This document shows, in pieces, positions 22,928 through 35,836 of a stretch of 64,000 bases of DNA. This DNA comes from Squalus acanthias. Taxonomy: Eukaryota. The stretch is taken from the NCBI GenBank assembly GCA_030390025.1, contig CM059432.1, forward strand, positions 50,842,001-50,906,000, in the 5' to 3' direction. Each line of letters begins with the position of its first letter. The first letter of the stretch is position 1. The notes under the pieces were generated by a model. The model was not told the DNA's origin. It saw only the letters and a list, made by a program, of their open reading frames with translations, and did no database searches. Both the position numbers and the translations under genes were made by a program.

Positions 22928-25210
22928 GGGGGCTATTTTCCCGGTAGTTTAGACGCTAAAGAGTCTCCGAGGTGGCCAAGATGGGGTCTTCAGCTGCAAT
23001 GCCTGGTTAGCCTGCCTTTAGCACAAGATGCCACCTTGGTAAAGGAGTTGAAACGCGCGCTAGGAACGGCCACCCCGAGGATGATTAAGCCTCTGATTAC
23101 CAATTAAATTGGCTCCTAACGCTCATTAATGCACAGGCTGCATGCCATTTTGTTAGCTGGTGCTGCAATTACCGATCTCTCCTATCAGCGACCTGCTGAA
23201 CAGGGAGTAAAGAAGTTGTTGGTGAGGATTTTGAGCGCAACTTAAAGCCATGCTCAGCTTTCACGTTTCACTGGCTGATTGAGATCGACTGACTACACTG
23301 CGTTTGAAGCGGACTTTTGATACACATCGGAAGAATTTATGGGACACTTTGTCAAGACCTCAACTACACTATCATCATTTATTCCAGAAATTCTCTGAGG
23401 ACTTCACCTAAAGAGAGTGAATGCTGTGCTACTGTACCTTATTGGAGACCTAATAGGAGTCACCAGGAGAAAGGGAGTGGTTGGTAATGGGGAGGAGATG
23501 ATGCCAGGCAGAGCAGCACCAGCTGCTGGAGGAGAGAGGGAGAGGAGGGACAGGAGAGTGAGGAGGGCCCCAGATTCATGGTGACTTGCTGCATGCCTAC
23601 AAAAAGGGAGTATGAAAAGAAACTTGCAATGAATATCAAAATCAACACAAAAAACTTTTACAATTTACAGGCTCGAGGGGCCAAGGCCTATTCCTGCTCC
23701 AATGCTCATCAGATGCTGCATGATGTTGGGCTCCACAGATCGCTGGATGGAATTGGCCAGCCTCTCTATGCTGGACAGGATGGATTCCAGGCTCTGCGTC
23801 AAGCCACGGGCCAAGCTGATGGTGGACTCCTCTATCGCCCTATCATGACCCATGAGCTTTCAGGCAGGCTGTCCTAAGCATTTGGTTTGTCAAACACATC
23901 ATCCCTCTTCTGAAGCTTGGCCCTGCGAGGTCCTCATCTGACTCCTGTGCAGCACAATTGGTATGTGACCTTGTCCTCCCCCCTCCCCCCTGGCAAGGTG
24001 GCACCTGTGGGGTCCCTTCCAACTGGCGTGAGTTCTGCCCACTAGTGCCTGGTGCGTCCCACTGTGAGGACCCATCTTCTACCCTAGCCTTTAAGTTACA
24101 CATGGTGCTGGTCTCTGAGCTGGTGCCTGCAAACAGTAGTAGCTATTGACACAGTGCCTTCTTCCTTGCTCTCCTCCTTCTCCTCTACCTCTTCCTCCTC
24201 TTCCAGTTCCTCTGTGGGGAATGAGGTGGATCTTGCTCCTGGGAGCCTGCAATGATAAAGCAGTAAGGATTAGGGTGCAGCTTGTGTGGCCACTACAGGA
24301 GGATGTGTGTGATGAGACCATATTGAGCTTGTGAGTGAGGATAGGTTTGGGGGATTAGGGAGCAGGAATAGTTGTGGATTTGCAAGAAAGCTGGAGTGGC
24401 CACATACCTCGAGGCAATATGTTCCCTGCTGTGCCTGTGGCCACGGCGTCTGCCACTTCCCTCCCGATCACTGCCAGCACTGCCTCCTCAAGGGGAGTGA
24501 TCTCATGGAGTCGTGCTTCCCCCTCCCGGTCCGGTCCTGCTGGTGCCTGTTATGTGCTATCTTGTCCTGGAAGAGAAAGATGGTGATTGTGAATGAGTGT
24601 GTTTGTGTGTGTGTGATGTCTCACATGGTGAAGAGCTATGAGATGTGTCTGAGGTGTGAGTATTGCCTGTGAAAGATGCAATAGTGTGGGTTGTGTGAAT
24701 GTCACTGCACAGTTAGATGGTGGATGCAGTGTGTTGAGGTTGTGATGCTGGTGGTGGTGCAGTTATTGAGAAGTGTGAGATGGGATCTTACCTTGACCAC
24801 TCATTTTAAATCATTAAATTTTTGCGGCACTGGAGCCATGTCCTGGGGACAGTGCTCCTGGCTGTGACCTCCCCGGCGACCTCCTCCCACATTCGCCGCA
24901 TTATTTGCCTCTGTGGCCTCCTTCATCCCTGCGGGTACAGGACATCCTTCCTCCGTTGCACCTCCAGTCCCACCTCTCAGAACCTGTGAGCTCCCTGAGC
25001 CATCCTAATATGTGCCATTGTCTGTCAGCCAGCGCACACCACACCTTCAGTGGAAATGCGTGTATGGAGGCTACATATAATGCTCCAGGAAAATTGCTCC
25101 TAATCAGTGCTTGTGTGCTAAACATGCAGGTCTCCATTTTAATGCCTCCAGGCACGTTTAAATCATGGTAATCACTAATTAGCCCCAAAATCGTGTGCTA
25201 AAACCAGACT
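22928..25210. mobile_element. Degraded Harbinger in the opposite orientation (Myb gene on - strand)
   Basis: Reverse strand ~24990-24790 reads RRMWEEVAGEV...PRTWLQCR(K)KFNDL followed by a gtaag donor; exon 2 DKIAHNRHQQDRTG near 24567; exon 3 AAQESDEDL...FRRGMM; possible GGGGGCTATTTTC terminus. Confidence 0.78.
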
Positions 25211-25228
25211 TTTAAACAGGTACATCTT

Positions 25229-26238
25229 ATTGGTTGAAGGTCAATCATCACAGCCTCAGGACATCGCTGCAGGAGTTCCTCAGGGCAGTGTCCTAGGCCC
25301 AACTATCTTCAGCTGCTTCATCAATGACCTTCCCTCCAACACAAGGTCAGAAATGGGGATGTTCGCTGATGACTGCACAGTGTACAGTTCCATTCGCTAC
25401 TCCTCAGATAATGAAGCAGTTCATGCCCGCATGCAACAAGACCTGGACGACGTTCAGGCTTGGGCTGATAAGTGGCAGGTAACATTTGTGCCACACAAGT
25501 GCCAGGCAATGACTATCTCCAACAAGTGAGAGTCTAACCACTGCCCTTTGACATTCAACGGCATTCCCATCGCCAAATCCCCCACCATCAACATCCTGCG
25601 GGTCACCATTGACCATAAACTTAACTGGACCAGCCACATAAATACTGTGGCAACAAGAGGCTAGGCTAGGTATTCTGCGGCGAATGTCTCACCTCCTGAC
25701 TCCCCAAAGCCTTTCCACCATCTGTAAGGCACAAGTAAGGAGTGTGATGGAATACTCTCCACTTGCCTGGATGAGTTTTGCTCCAACAACACTCAAGAAG
25801 CTCGACACCATCCAGGACAAAGCAGCCCGCTTGGTTGGCACCCCATCCACCACCTTAAACATTTACTCCCTCCACCGGAGTACCGTAGCTGCAGTGTGTA
25901 CCATCTACAAGATGCACTGCAGCAACTCGCCAATGTTTTTTCAGCAATACCTCCCAAACCCACAACCTCTTCCACCTAGGACAAAGGCAGCAGGCGCATG
26001 GGAACACCACCACCTCCAAATTCCCCTCCAAGTCACACACTATCCTGACTTAGAAATATATCGCCGTTCCTTCATCGTCGCTGGGTCAAAATCTTGGAAC
26101 TCCCTACCTAACAGCACTGTGGGAGTACCTTCACCACACGGACTGCAGCAGTTCAAGAAGGCGGCTCACCACCACCTTCTCATTGGCTAATTAGGGATGG
26201 GCAATAAATGCTGGCCTTGCCAGCGACACCCACATCCC
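25229..26238 (+). mobile_element. CR1-clade LINE family B, 3' 1 kb
   Basis: GVPQGSVLGPTIFSCFINDLP...MFADDCT; KAQVRSVMEYSPLAW; shared 3' UTR. Confidence 0.93.
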
Positions 26239-26460
26239 ATAAACAAATTTTTAAAAAATGAGCACAGCACCCACTTAGTGCCTGTTTTCACCCTTCCCCC
26301 AAAATGACTTGCTAATTTTTTTTACTCGAATTTGGAAAATAAATACAAAATGTTTATGCTTTGTGAATGAATACTATGGAGATGTATAATTCAAATAATA
26401 AACATAATGTTCTAGAAATATATGGTGGGTTGGATTACAACAGATGAGTGGTTCCTTTAA

Positions 26461-26896
26461 TAAAGAAATAAGTTGCATTGATATAGCGTCTTTCAGGACC
26501 TCAGGGCGTCCTAAAGTGCTTTACAGCCAGTTAATACTTTTCAAGTGTAGTCACTGTTGAAATGTAGGGAAATGCGGCAGCCAATTTGCGCACAGCAAGA
26601 TCCCACGAACAGCAAGGAAATTAATTGCCAGATTAGCTGTTTGAGGTGTTGGTTGAGGGATAAGCGTTGGCCAAAACACAGGGAGAACTCCCCTGTTCTT
26701 GGTGAAATAGTACCGTAGGATCTTTTACGTACACCTGAGAGGGCAGACAGTCCTCAGTTTAATGTCTCATCCGAAAGTACTCCCTCAGTACTGCACTGAA
26801 GTGTCAGCCTGGATTATATACTCATGTCTCATGGAGTCTGGCTTGAACCCACAACCTTCTGACTCAGAGGCAGGAGTGCTACCACTGTGTCATGCT
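26461..26896 (-). mobile_element. Deu-type tRNA SINE
   Basis: Collinear with 22094-22562. Confidence 0.85.
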
Positions 26897-29055
26897 CGAA
26901 ACCTAATTCAGTCACAATATATAAGTAATTAAAAATTAGCTGCATTCAGAATCATGCCCGAAGTCTAAATTGATAGAATGCTGTGAGGACATTTGTTCAA
27001 TTGTCTCTGAGGCTGTTGAATTGAGGGAGGAGCCACGCCAATCAATTCAAATAAAAATTATACTGTAGAATCTGTTTAATATGGGCATAACTTATCACTC
27101 CTCTTCAATTTGGCTGATAGTTACACAAATCTATAAGCCACTGTAACTGTTTGGGGAGTATTTACAGTTTGGAACTTTTATCGCCATCGGGTCAGGTCAG
27201 TCAGTACCTGCAGTTGGTAGGAATGTAAGGGGAAAATAATAACTCTGTATATAAAGTTAATTATAAAATATATATTTTAATATAGAGATGTTGAACACTT
27301 CAATATTTTTCATGCTCGAGGAGATTACCATAGTCCAACATCTACTCTAAATATATACATTGTATTACTCTTATTTATTCATTTGTTCTTCCATTGTTCA
27401 CTAAATTTGTTAGGCAGTTAAAACCTAAAACAAGGTCTGGAATTTTCCAGTTGCCACACGTGCGGGTTTGGGGGCGGGCCGGCAGTAAAAATGCCGGAAA
27501 TAGTGAGCGCCGGAAATAGGGAACCCGCCGTCATCCCGCCGCCTCGAGCATTTAACTCGGGCGGCTTTGAAGGCGCGACATGGACCTGATCCTCAGAGGC
27601 GGGCGACCTCATTGAAATCATTAAGTGCTTGTTTACAGGCCCTTAAGAGTGATTTTAACACCAGCTTCTGAATTTTACTGCAAGAGCGCGGGATTCACCC
27701 ACACCACGCTCAATTTACACTGGCACTCTTCAACTCCTCCCTCGAATTGAAGTACGCACTTTCCCCTCCACCCCATTCCCTGCAGCCAGTCTTCTCCCTC
27801 TCGCCCTCAATTCAGGATTGTACCCTTCACCCACACCCCCATTTGAAGCTGGTACTCTTCTGCCACATTCTCCCTTCTCCCACATTCCTACTGGCATTCT
27901 CCTTCCCTTCTGAGTTTATGCTAGCACTGTCTCCCAACCCACACCCCCATGCCCCCTCCCCCGCCCCACTTCCCCCTTAACATTAAACAGGCACTCTCCT
28001 TCCCCTCAGTTTATGCTGGCACTCTCTTCACCCCTCTCCATCCCCAGTTCATGCTGGAGCTCTTCAGCGTTCAGGATTAATTAGGCTGAAGAGGCTGAGA
28101 CCAACCCTGAAGGATGGAACAATAGTGGTGCTGAAGGGGGGAGTTAGCAATGGCACTGAGGAGAGGAGCTAGGAATGGTGAGTGTGGACAAGCAAACACT
28201 ACCCTAAAACACAAATGTTTGACATGTTTGCATTCTTCCATTTTTTGTTGGAATAGGAATTTTGGGCCCAACTGAAAATATTTGTTCAACTAACAAATTG
28301 GCTTGATAACATGTAACTTTTTGAGAACATTTTGAGTTATGTTTAACAGCTGTGAGTAGCAACAGCAAGTGATTAGCGTGTGGGAGTTCTGACCGTCATT
28401 TATGGGAAATCTATTAAAAAAACAACTGTAATAATTCATATCCGACAGCAGGATTGGAACAATAACCTTGAGGAAGGAAGTGTGACATGGAGATTGGGCA
28501 AGATATGATTGAGATACTGGGAAGATACAGCTACTATATACCACTGACATTTCCCTCCTCAGCTCTGAGCTGCATTTTCCACAGTTACTGCTCTACTATA
28601 ATGAATGCAACCATTATCAAAACTTAAACACCTCCTGCAGAGGCATCCATACACACAACAGCTAGAATACATGAACCTACCTCACTCCTGCTTGAACACT
28701 TGAAAACTCACCACTTGAAAATTCAGAACCTTTTCTATAATTAAATCTTCTTTACCTGCACACCTGTCAGATCCCAAAAAATTGCTGGCGCCATTAAGAA
28801 GCCATCTACCCCCTGACTCAGGGAGTCACTGCATAACATGGTGTAATATTTAGTAGCAGAGAACCAGAAGATCCCAGGTTCAGTCTTTAGTCTGTGCTGA
28901 GTTACATAGGACAGGCTGGCTGAGTTTCGGGTGGGAAAGCCTGCAGCAAAAGGCCGCAGCCGAGCTGAGAGCAAATAGGTCTAGTGGGGTGGGGGTGGGG
29001 GGGGGAGGTGGTAGTGGTCGGGGGAGGGGATCTAATTATGGGGGTGGGGTGGGCA

Positions 29056-29218
29056 GATGGTGGTCGGGGGTGTACGATCGCGGTGGGGGAAAGATGGTGG
29101 TCGGGGGTGTACGATCGCGGTGGGGGAAAGATGGTGGTCAGGGGTGTACGATCGCGGTGGGGGAAAGATGGTGGTCGGGGGTGTACGATCGCGGTGGGGG
29201 AAAGATGGTGGTCGGGGG
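29056..29218 (+). repeat. 37-bp minisatellite, ~4.4 units
   Basis: GATGGTGGTCGGGGGTGTACGATCGCGGTGGGGGAAA at 29056, 29093, 29130, 29167, partial at 29204. Confidence 0.95.
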
Positions 29219-29229
29219 AGGCAGATGGT

Positions 29230-31041
29230 TGTAGGCTTCGCAAAATCCCCCAGAAACTCGAATAGAACCCTAAAGGGGGTGAATTTTGGATCTTAACACG
29301 AATTTGGAATGATGGGACCTAAATGAAGGAATTTGAGGTCAAAACCTCAGTTTTGGATATTTTTAAGGATCAGGGAAGAAAAACCCTGAGGAAAATGACT
29401 TTGGATAATACAATACCTTTAAAAGGGCCATTGGGAAAACCTGCAGTCACAGAAACAACACAGGCTGCGGGAAAGGGTGTGGTGAGGCAGTGGACAGCTT
29501 TTGGGTATTGGGACCAAGCCAAGCTGTCTGGGAGATGTTTGCACTGCAATCCAACCAAGGAGGAAGAGCCTCATCCAAAACCTCACAAACACATTCAAAA
29601 ATGAATAAACCAAGACCCTTTTGAAATCCACAGGTCCAGACAGAATGCTGGAAGTCTGAAAACAATTCCTAACAATAAAACTTCCAGTACACAGCTTCCT
29701 AGCTCATCATCCCATCAAAAACCGATTAGCCAAGTAGCTACAGGAACAGGTTAATGAGCCCACCAAAAACCTAAGACAAAAGGAGCGAGATTTGGCGTGT
29801 AGATAAAGGCCCTGTCTAAATGGAAGACATCGGAAGTCATCAGGACAAGTTAACACAAAGTTAAAGTCATCAGACTTAACGAGCCCGCCAAAACCTAAGA
29901 CAATAGAATAAACAGGCCTCAACTGAAACCTAAATCACTTCAACACGAAACCGATTTAGTAAAGTGGTTTTGGCGCGAAAAACACAATAGACCTGAACAG
30001 TATAATTGAGGGCCTAATCCCCCAAGAAGTGAGCGAGTTGCACAGACGGGTCAGCCACACAACACGAGCAGGAGGAGAGAAAAGCAGCTAGGCCACGAGG
30101 CAGGCAGACCCGAGGCAAGATCGGAGGCAGGGACAGACAAGGCCAGGCAAGGGCTAGAACTGGGACCACGAGCTGGGAGCGAGTCGGCATCGCTCAGTAT
30201 ACGGTCCAGCTCTAGCAGATACTAGCCAAGGTCACTGGAAGCTGGGAGCGAGTCGGCATCGCTCAACACACGGTCCAGCTCCAGGAGGTACCGCCCCGAC
30301 GGGCCTCCAACGCAACGAACCAACAACAAGAGCCGCCAAGGGCTCCACGAGATAGACCGACACTTGAAAGTACCGCGGAAACCAAGGCCCCGCGCAGCAA
30401 CCAACCACTAGGCGACACCAAAAGACCAACACCAGGAAAAACCAAAGACACACAAGTTTCCACGCTACAAACTATTCCTGACTTACCCCTGGGTAAGATT
30501 TTCCCTTAAAAAACTCTAAACCCTACCTCTAAGGAAGAAAAATCAGGTACTCACCTGATAGCATCCAATACACACCTTACCGCATCTGCGGACAGACCCA
30601 AACTGACCTGGAGTGCAGCTGGAGTCTTCTACCACATCCGGGGTACGGCAGGCCCCAACAACCAAAAACCTCAGTGAACCCTGAAATCGCGAAATACCTC
30701 AACTGTCAAGAACTGTCAATTGGTGAGCATTATCCCTGATCCTCTGGAATCAAACCTAGCTAGGCAGTGGGATTGGGAGGGATAATGGTTTTTGTATATT
30801 GTAATTCTCCCTCACCTGTACCGTGTGTTCCCCAACCTGTGTTTAAGCATTAAGTGTGTTTTAAGTTTGTTACCTTTTTCTTTAATAAAAGTCAAAACTC
30901 TTTCATCAAAACCTGTTGTCTACTGCATCTTTGTTCACAACCCCTAAATAAGTCCAAGGTCTAGAACCAGGGGCGTGGGAGCGATTCGAACCGCTCATTG
31001 AGTCAGAGGTGAAGCTGACCCCCCACACACCACCCCCTACA
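29230..31041 (+). mobile_element. Solo LTR (1812 bp), Gypsy- or ERV-type
   Basis: TGTAGG...CCTACA termini; TGGT TSD (29226-29, 31042-45); AATAAA at 30884; no gag/pol. Confidence 0.85.
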
Positions 31042-31499
31042 TGGTGGTAAGGGGGAGCAGATGGTGGGGGTCTGATCGCGGTGCGGTGGGGGGGTGCAGA
31101 CAGATTGTGGGGGATGGGTACAGATTTAAGCATGTTGGGCATGGAGGAAACACTCCTGCTCCTCCTGGCACACAAGCAGTGCTGTAAAGGGACTTACCTC
31201 ATGGATTCAGCCCTTCTCGCTTCCTTTCACCTGACAGGTTTCCCGAGGCCAGGGAAACCCGGCTGACTGTGGTTAAAATTGGAATCACTGTTAAAATGAA
31301 GGCACGCAGCCTCATTAAAATATTTAAATGACCAACCTGCCTCCTGAGAGTGGATTGGTTGCCTGCCCCTTGTCCCGCTTCCATTAAAACTGGAAGTTTG
31401 TGGGTTCAAGGCGGGTTGGTTTCCTGTTTCAGATTTTTAGCTTTTTAACCGCCCACCCAAAACAAACTCACCCATTTTTTGGGGTTAAAATTACCTCCT

Positions 31500-31781
31500 T
31501 TGAGTTTATAATCTAGGCTGACATTTCACTGAGGGAGTGCTGTACTGTCAAGAGTTCTGTCTTTTGGATGAGCATTCATCTCTAAACCATCACCACCAAA
31601 ATAGATTATCTGGTCATTTATCTGATTTGCTGCTTGTGGGACCTTGCTGTGCGCAGATTGGCTGCCATGTCTGCCAACATAATAACAGTGACCACACTTG
31701 AAAAGAAATTCCTAGGCTGCGAAGTACTTAACGGCATCATTAGGACATGAAAGGCTCTATAAAAATGCAAGTTCTTTCTTT
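31500..31781 (+). mobile_element. Deu-type SINE, 5'-truncated and deleted
   Basis: AATCTAGGCTGACA...TGTGCGCAGATTGGCTGCC...AAATGCAAGTTCTTTC. Confidence 0.8.
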
Positions 31782-33037
31782 ACTCGCCTATAAGAACTTT
31801 GATGTAAACAAACAAAATGTACAAGCATAGGAATCCAATGTAAAAGTCTATAATTCCCAGGAGACAGCATAAGGTGCTCATTAATGTTCTCTAAGATCAA
31901 TGCTTAGAGGAAAATTTGCCTGGGTATTCAATACCTTCAGCAGGTGTTAGTCTCCAGCCATCGCCCTCTAGACATGAAATGGAGTGACAATGGGGTTAAA
32001 ACTGACAATCAGATTTGGAGTGGAGCATCAGCAAACCTGGCGAGCAGCACTTAATCTCAGACTAGTTACACAGATAGAGTGGATGGGGTAGAATCCCTTC
32101 AGGGTATTGTGTGCACCATTCACTCGGTTTATGCCATCTCTGTCTCAGGGTATGTGGCTATTGCCTGGCACTGCACTTTCAGTTGCTCGCCTCTTCTCAT
32201 TTCCCTCCCCTGCCCTCCTATACTCCATCCACACCCTCAACTTGGCTCGAGCTGCAGTCTCTGACCCTTGGCCCCTGGCCTCTCCTCTTTCCTCTCCTTT
32301 TCATTCTCCTCTAGCTCTGATGAGATGTTATTTGCAGCTTCATTAAAAAAAATTGCATCTGCTATACGCAAGCTCTCCTTCCTCATAGGCTTTTATATAA
32401 TTTTTCAAACCTCTCTTCCCCCAAGTACATAATGTTTGGATGACTCCAAAGGAGCTGGGCAATTTGCAATCCAGCTTGAGTTTACAACGGTCAGTAACCT
32501 ATTCATTGTATTGAGTACAAGGTGCACTGTGCCTGTGTACATGTGGCTGTGTAAGCTTGTTTTACACTTTGTGATACTGTGCAAACATGTTTCTGCAAGA
32601 GTTTGTCAAGATAACTGTAGCATTCTTAGATCCTTTGTTTCTGAATGATATGTGCTTGAACACATGCCTGGTCTGTGCAGGGCTGCAGTTTCTAAGCTAC
32701 TGTGAAGCATTAGCAAAAATATTTTAGTCGGCAGGGGATTGGAATGCACGATAATAAGCCAATTCAGAAAGTGTGAAGGGAGAACGCATTGGCCTTAAAA
32801 AGAAACCTGTTAAAAAGCTTTCTCAGATGGAAGGACGATGTCACTGGCATACACTCTGCTGTACAGTAGTCTATCCAAATGCTAGTTTCTGACAGCTGCT
32901 GGTCATAATGAACAATTCTTTCTGATTCAGTGCAGGAGGACTCAGAGCACAAATCAAGGGGCCTGTTATCTTTAAATGATTGAAAAGTACACGTCAGTCT
33001 TCAAACATGAAGACGCATTTGCTATTGGTGGATATAT

Positions 33038-33967
33038 GGGGGGAAAAATTGGGTTGCTTTGCACCTCCCGTTAGCACCCCAGGGGGTGCTAACGTGGCGC
33101 AAAGCACCTAGCGCCTGGGCGCGGCACCGCTAACGCCTCCCGCGAAATTCAGTACTAGTAAGAAAGAAAGACCTTTTACAACCTCAGGGTGTCCCAAAGC
33201 GCTTTACAGCCAATGAAGTACTTTTGAAGTGTAGGCACTGTTGTAATATAGGAATCACATTTACCCGCTCTGTTCCCATATCCTTTCAACCCCTTTTCCA
33301 CCATCTGTCTACCCAATCGAATCTTGAATGTTGACAAAGTTTTGCCTCAACCACTACCCCTAGAAGTGAGTACCACAGCCGCACAATTTTCTGTGTGAAG
33401 AAGTCATCGCTGTGCGCAGCGCCCCGCTCGCGCCCCGGCCGCAAACTTCAGTCATGCCCCCTGACCTACCGGCGGACGATATGTCCGACAGAGTCAGGGT
33501 GGTGTTTTTGGGGCCGCGGCGGCGCAAATTAAAGGGCAGGAGTCGGGTGGCAGTTTTTTTTGTGCCGCCTGCCAGCACTTGCACGTCCACTTCTTCATGC
33601 GGGGTGCCGGCCGCGATCGATCAGCCCAGCACTCCTCTTGAGTGCCAGGCTGTTTTCCCAGCACCCCGCTCCCCGGTGGTCAAGCAGGGCCCCGGTACGC
33701 GTGGTGCTAGGCCCCTCCCCTTTAATCAGGGGAGGGAGGCCTGTAATACCACGGCGCTATGTGCCGACGCACGTGGCGCTGTTGCACTTAGCGCCGCGAT
33801 ATTGAATGGTAGTGCCCCAGGAAGGAGGGGGAGCACTTCCAGTAGCACCCCGCCTCCTGCTTGGGGCACTACCACTCAATTTATGGCTCAGGGGTGCTAA
33901 CTTTTTCAGGATTGGTGCCCCGGCGAAGTTAGCGCCCCGAAGGGGGCAGGACTGAATTTTTCTCCCT
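33038..33967. mobile_element. MITE family 1 copy (inverted relative to 1200-1929) with an internal insert
   Basis: Reverse-complement match to 1200-1929; GGGGGAAAAATTGGGT terminus; TAT (or ATG) duplication at the flanks; foreign segment at 33153-33404. Confidence 0.85.
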
Positions 33968-34149
33968 TATGAGATTTAAAACTGGTGGCAGGAGAAACTT
34001 CTTCACACAGAAAATTGTGCGGCTGTGGTACTCACTTCTAGGGGTAGTGGTTGAGGCAAAACTTTGTCAACATTCAAGATTCGATTGGGTAGATGGATGG
34101 AGGAAAAGGGGTTGAAAGGATATGGGAAGGATAAGGATACAGGACCTTT

Positions 34150-34530
34150 AGTCTGCTGACCCCACATGCAATTCCAGGGTCAGCCTCATTAACATAATTA
34201 GGGCAAGCTCCAACAATGAAGATGCCTGTGATTGGGAGCTTCCCCATTGATGGGTGGGAAATCTGCTGCTGCAGCAGAATTTAAAGATATGGAACAGCTT
34301 AAAGAAGCAGGCATTAAGATTTGCCAGCTTGCAAGGCAGCAAGCTTCTTTGGTGAACAAATGTCTGGGAGTAGTTCACCAGCCAGAGAATGGTGGTGAGA
34401 AGTGAGACAGAGTAGTTCAGCAGTTACCATCGCAGGATCCCAAGAAGCATTGGAGGTGTGAATGCAATCCCACCATAGGCACACCTGGAAGCAATGCCAG
34501 AAGTTTAATGACCTTACCAGGGTAACCGAG
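34150..34530 (+). pseudogene. Old Harbinger Myb exon-1 relic
   Basis: Ends HTWKQCQKFNDLTRV; a matching exon-2 relic (ttgcag|EKLAHNRRESTRTGGG) lies at ~36288-36450. Confidence 0.6.
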
Positions 34531-35239
34531 ATCGGAAAGTCGAACATTATCTGCTATTAATACAGTGTAGCAAGCAACTATGACACAATTACCTCGCTCT
34601 CACACTTAAAGTACTTTCAGTGCTTACTATGAATGGTCATTATGCAGCAGTGTACACTTTGCACCACTAACCTTCACCTGAAAGTGTTCCTTCATTCAAA
34701 TACATATAGGCATTCAGCCCCAAATAAGCATTCCATCTAATGTAGCTGCATGATGCAAATACATGTCATCATACTGATTATTGGACTGCATGCTAACAAC
34801 TGTGTATCACTGCTTATCAGGACCCAATTCTTCAATTCCAAGAGGCTATTATGGATACACAGCAGCTAAGCATCTCACGTACTCCTGCCGCAAGCACCTA
34901 GATAAATCACAAGAATAGGTTTAAGAAGAGATATGTCACACACTGTCACTAAGGGGAAACAATGTGGAAGCAAACATTATGCACTCACACACATCACCGG
35001 TCGTTATAGTACGTCCAGATAGTTAAGGTTTTGTTGCATGCTTTTCTTAGATGCTAGGAATGGAAGACTTGGTACTATAAGTAAAGGTATATTAGTAGAG
35101 GGCATGGGAAAAGTGTAGACAGGACTGTTAATGCAATGGCACATTTCTAAGTTAGGAGGTCTCTTCTGTGAGAGCTTGCCAAATGGCTCTTGTAGCTAGC
35201 AACAGGTTTCTTCTGCATGCCTCTCCAAGCTCTACCACC

Positions 35240-35836
35240 TGTTACAACTGTACAGGGCATTGGTGAGACCACACCTGGAGTACTGCGTACAGTTTTGGTC
35301 TCCTTATTTAAGGAAGGATATACTTGCATTGGAGGCAGTTCAGAGAAGGTTCACAAGGTTGATTCCGAAGATGAAGGGGTTGTCTTATGAAGAAAGGTTG
35401 AGCAGGTTGGGCCTATACTCATTGGAGTTTAGAAGAATGAGAGGGGGATCTTATTGAAATATATAAGATTCTGAAGGGGCTTGACAGGGTAGATGCAGAG
35501 AGGATGTTTCCCCTCGTGGGGGAATCTAGAACTAGGGGGCATAATTTCAGAATAAGGGAGCACCCATTTAAATCGGAAATGAGGAGGAATTTCTTCTCTC
35601 AGAGGGTCGTGAATCTTTGGAATTCTCTTCCAAAGAGAGCTGTGGAGGCGGAGTCATTGAATATGTTTAAGGTGGAGATAGACAGATTTTTGAAAGGTAA
35701 GGGAGTCAAGGGTTATGGGGAGCGGGCAGGGAAGTGGAGTTGAGGCCAAGATCAGATCAGCCATGATCTTATTGAATGGCGGAGCAGGCTCGAGTGGCTA
35801 AATGATCTGCTCCTGCGTCTTATGTTCTTATGTTCT
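35240..35836 (+). mobile_element. CR1 family A 3' end
   Basis: [29 protein letters not shown], tail tcttatgttcttatgttct. Confidence 0.95.

Larger units (their letters stand above)
28925..31497. mobile_element. Harbinger-like non-autonomous element split by a solo LTR
   Basis: G-rich repeat motif (gcagatggtgg...gatcgcggtg) continues on both sides of the LTR; right end GGGGTTAAAATTACC; left boundary uncertain. Confidence 0.5.

Noticed and set aside
27167..27195. FGTFIAIG resembling the ROMO1 C-terminus
   Set aside because: Only 8 residues, and the flanking sequence does not match; likely chance
29056..29218. 37-bp repeats resembling a CRISPR array
   Set aside because: Units are directly adjacent with no unique spacers, there are no cas genes, and the context is eukaryotic; it is a minisatellite
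31042..31060. TGG immediately after the LTR as a primer-binding site
   Set aside because: TGGT is the target-site duplication and the following sequence continues the host G-rich repeat; no gag/pol follows
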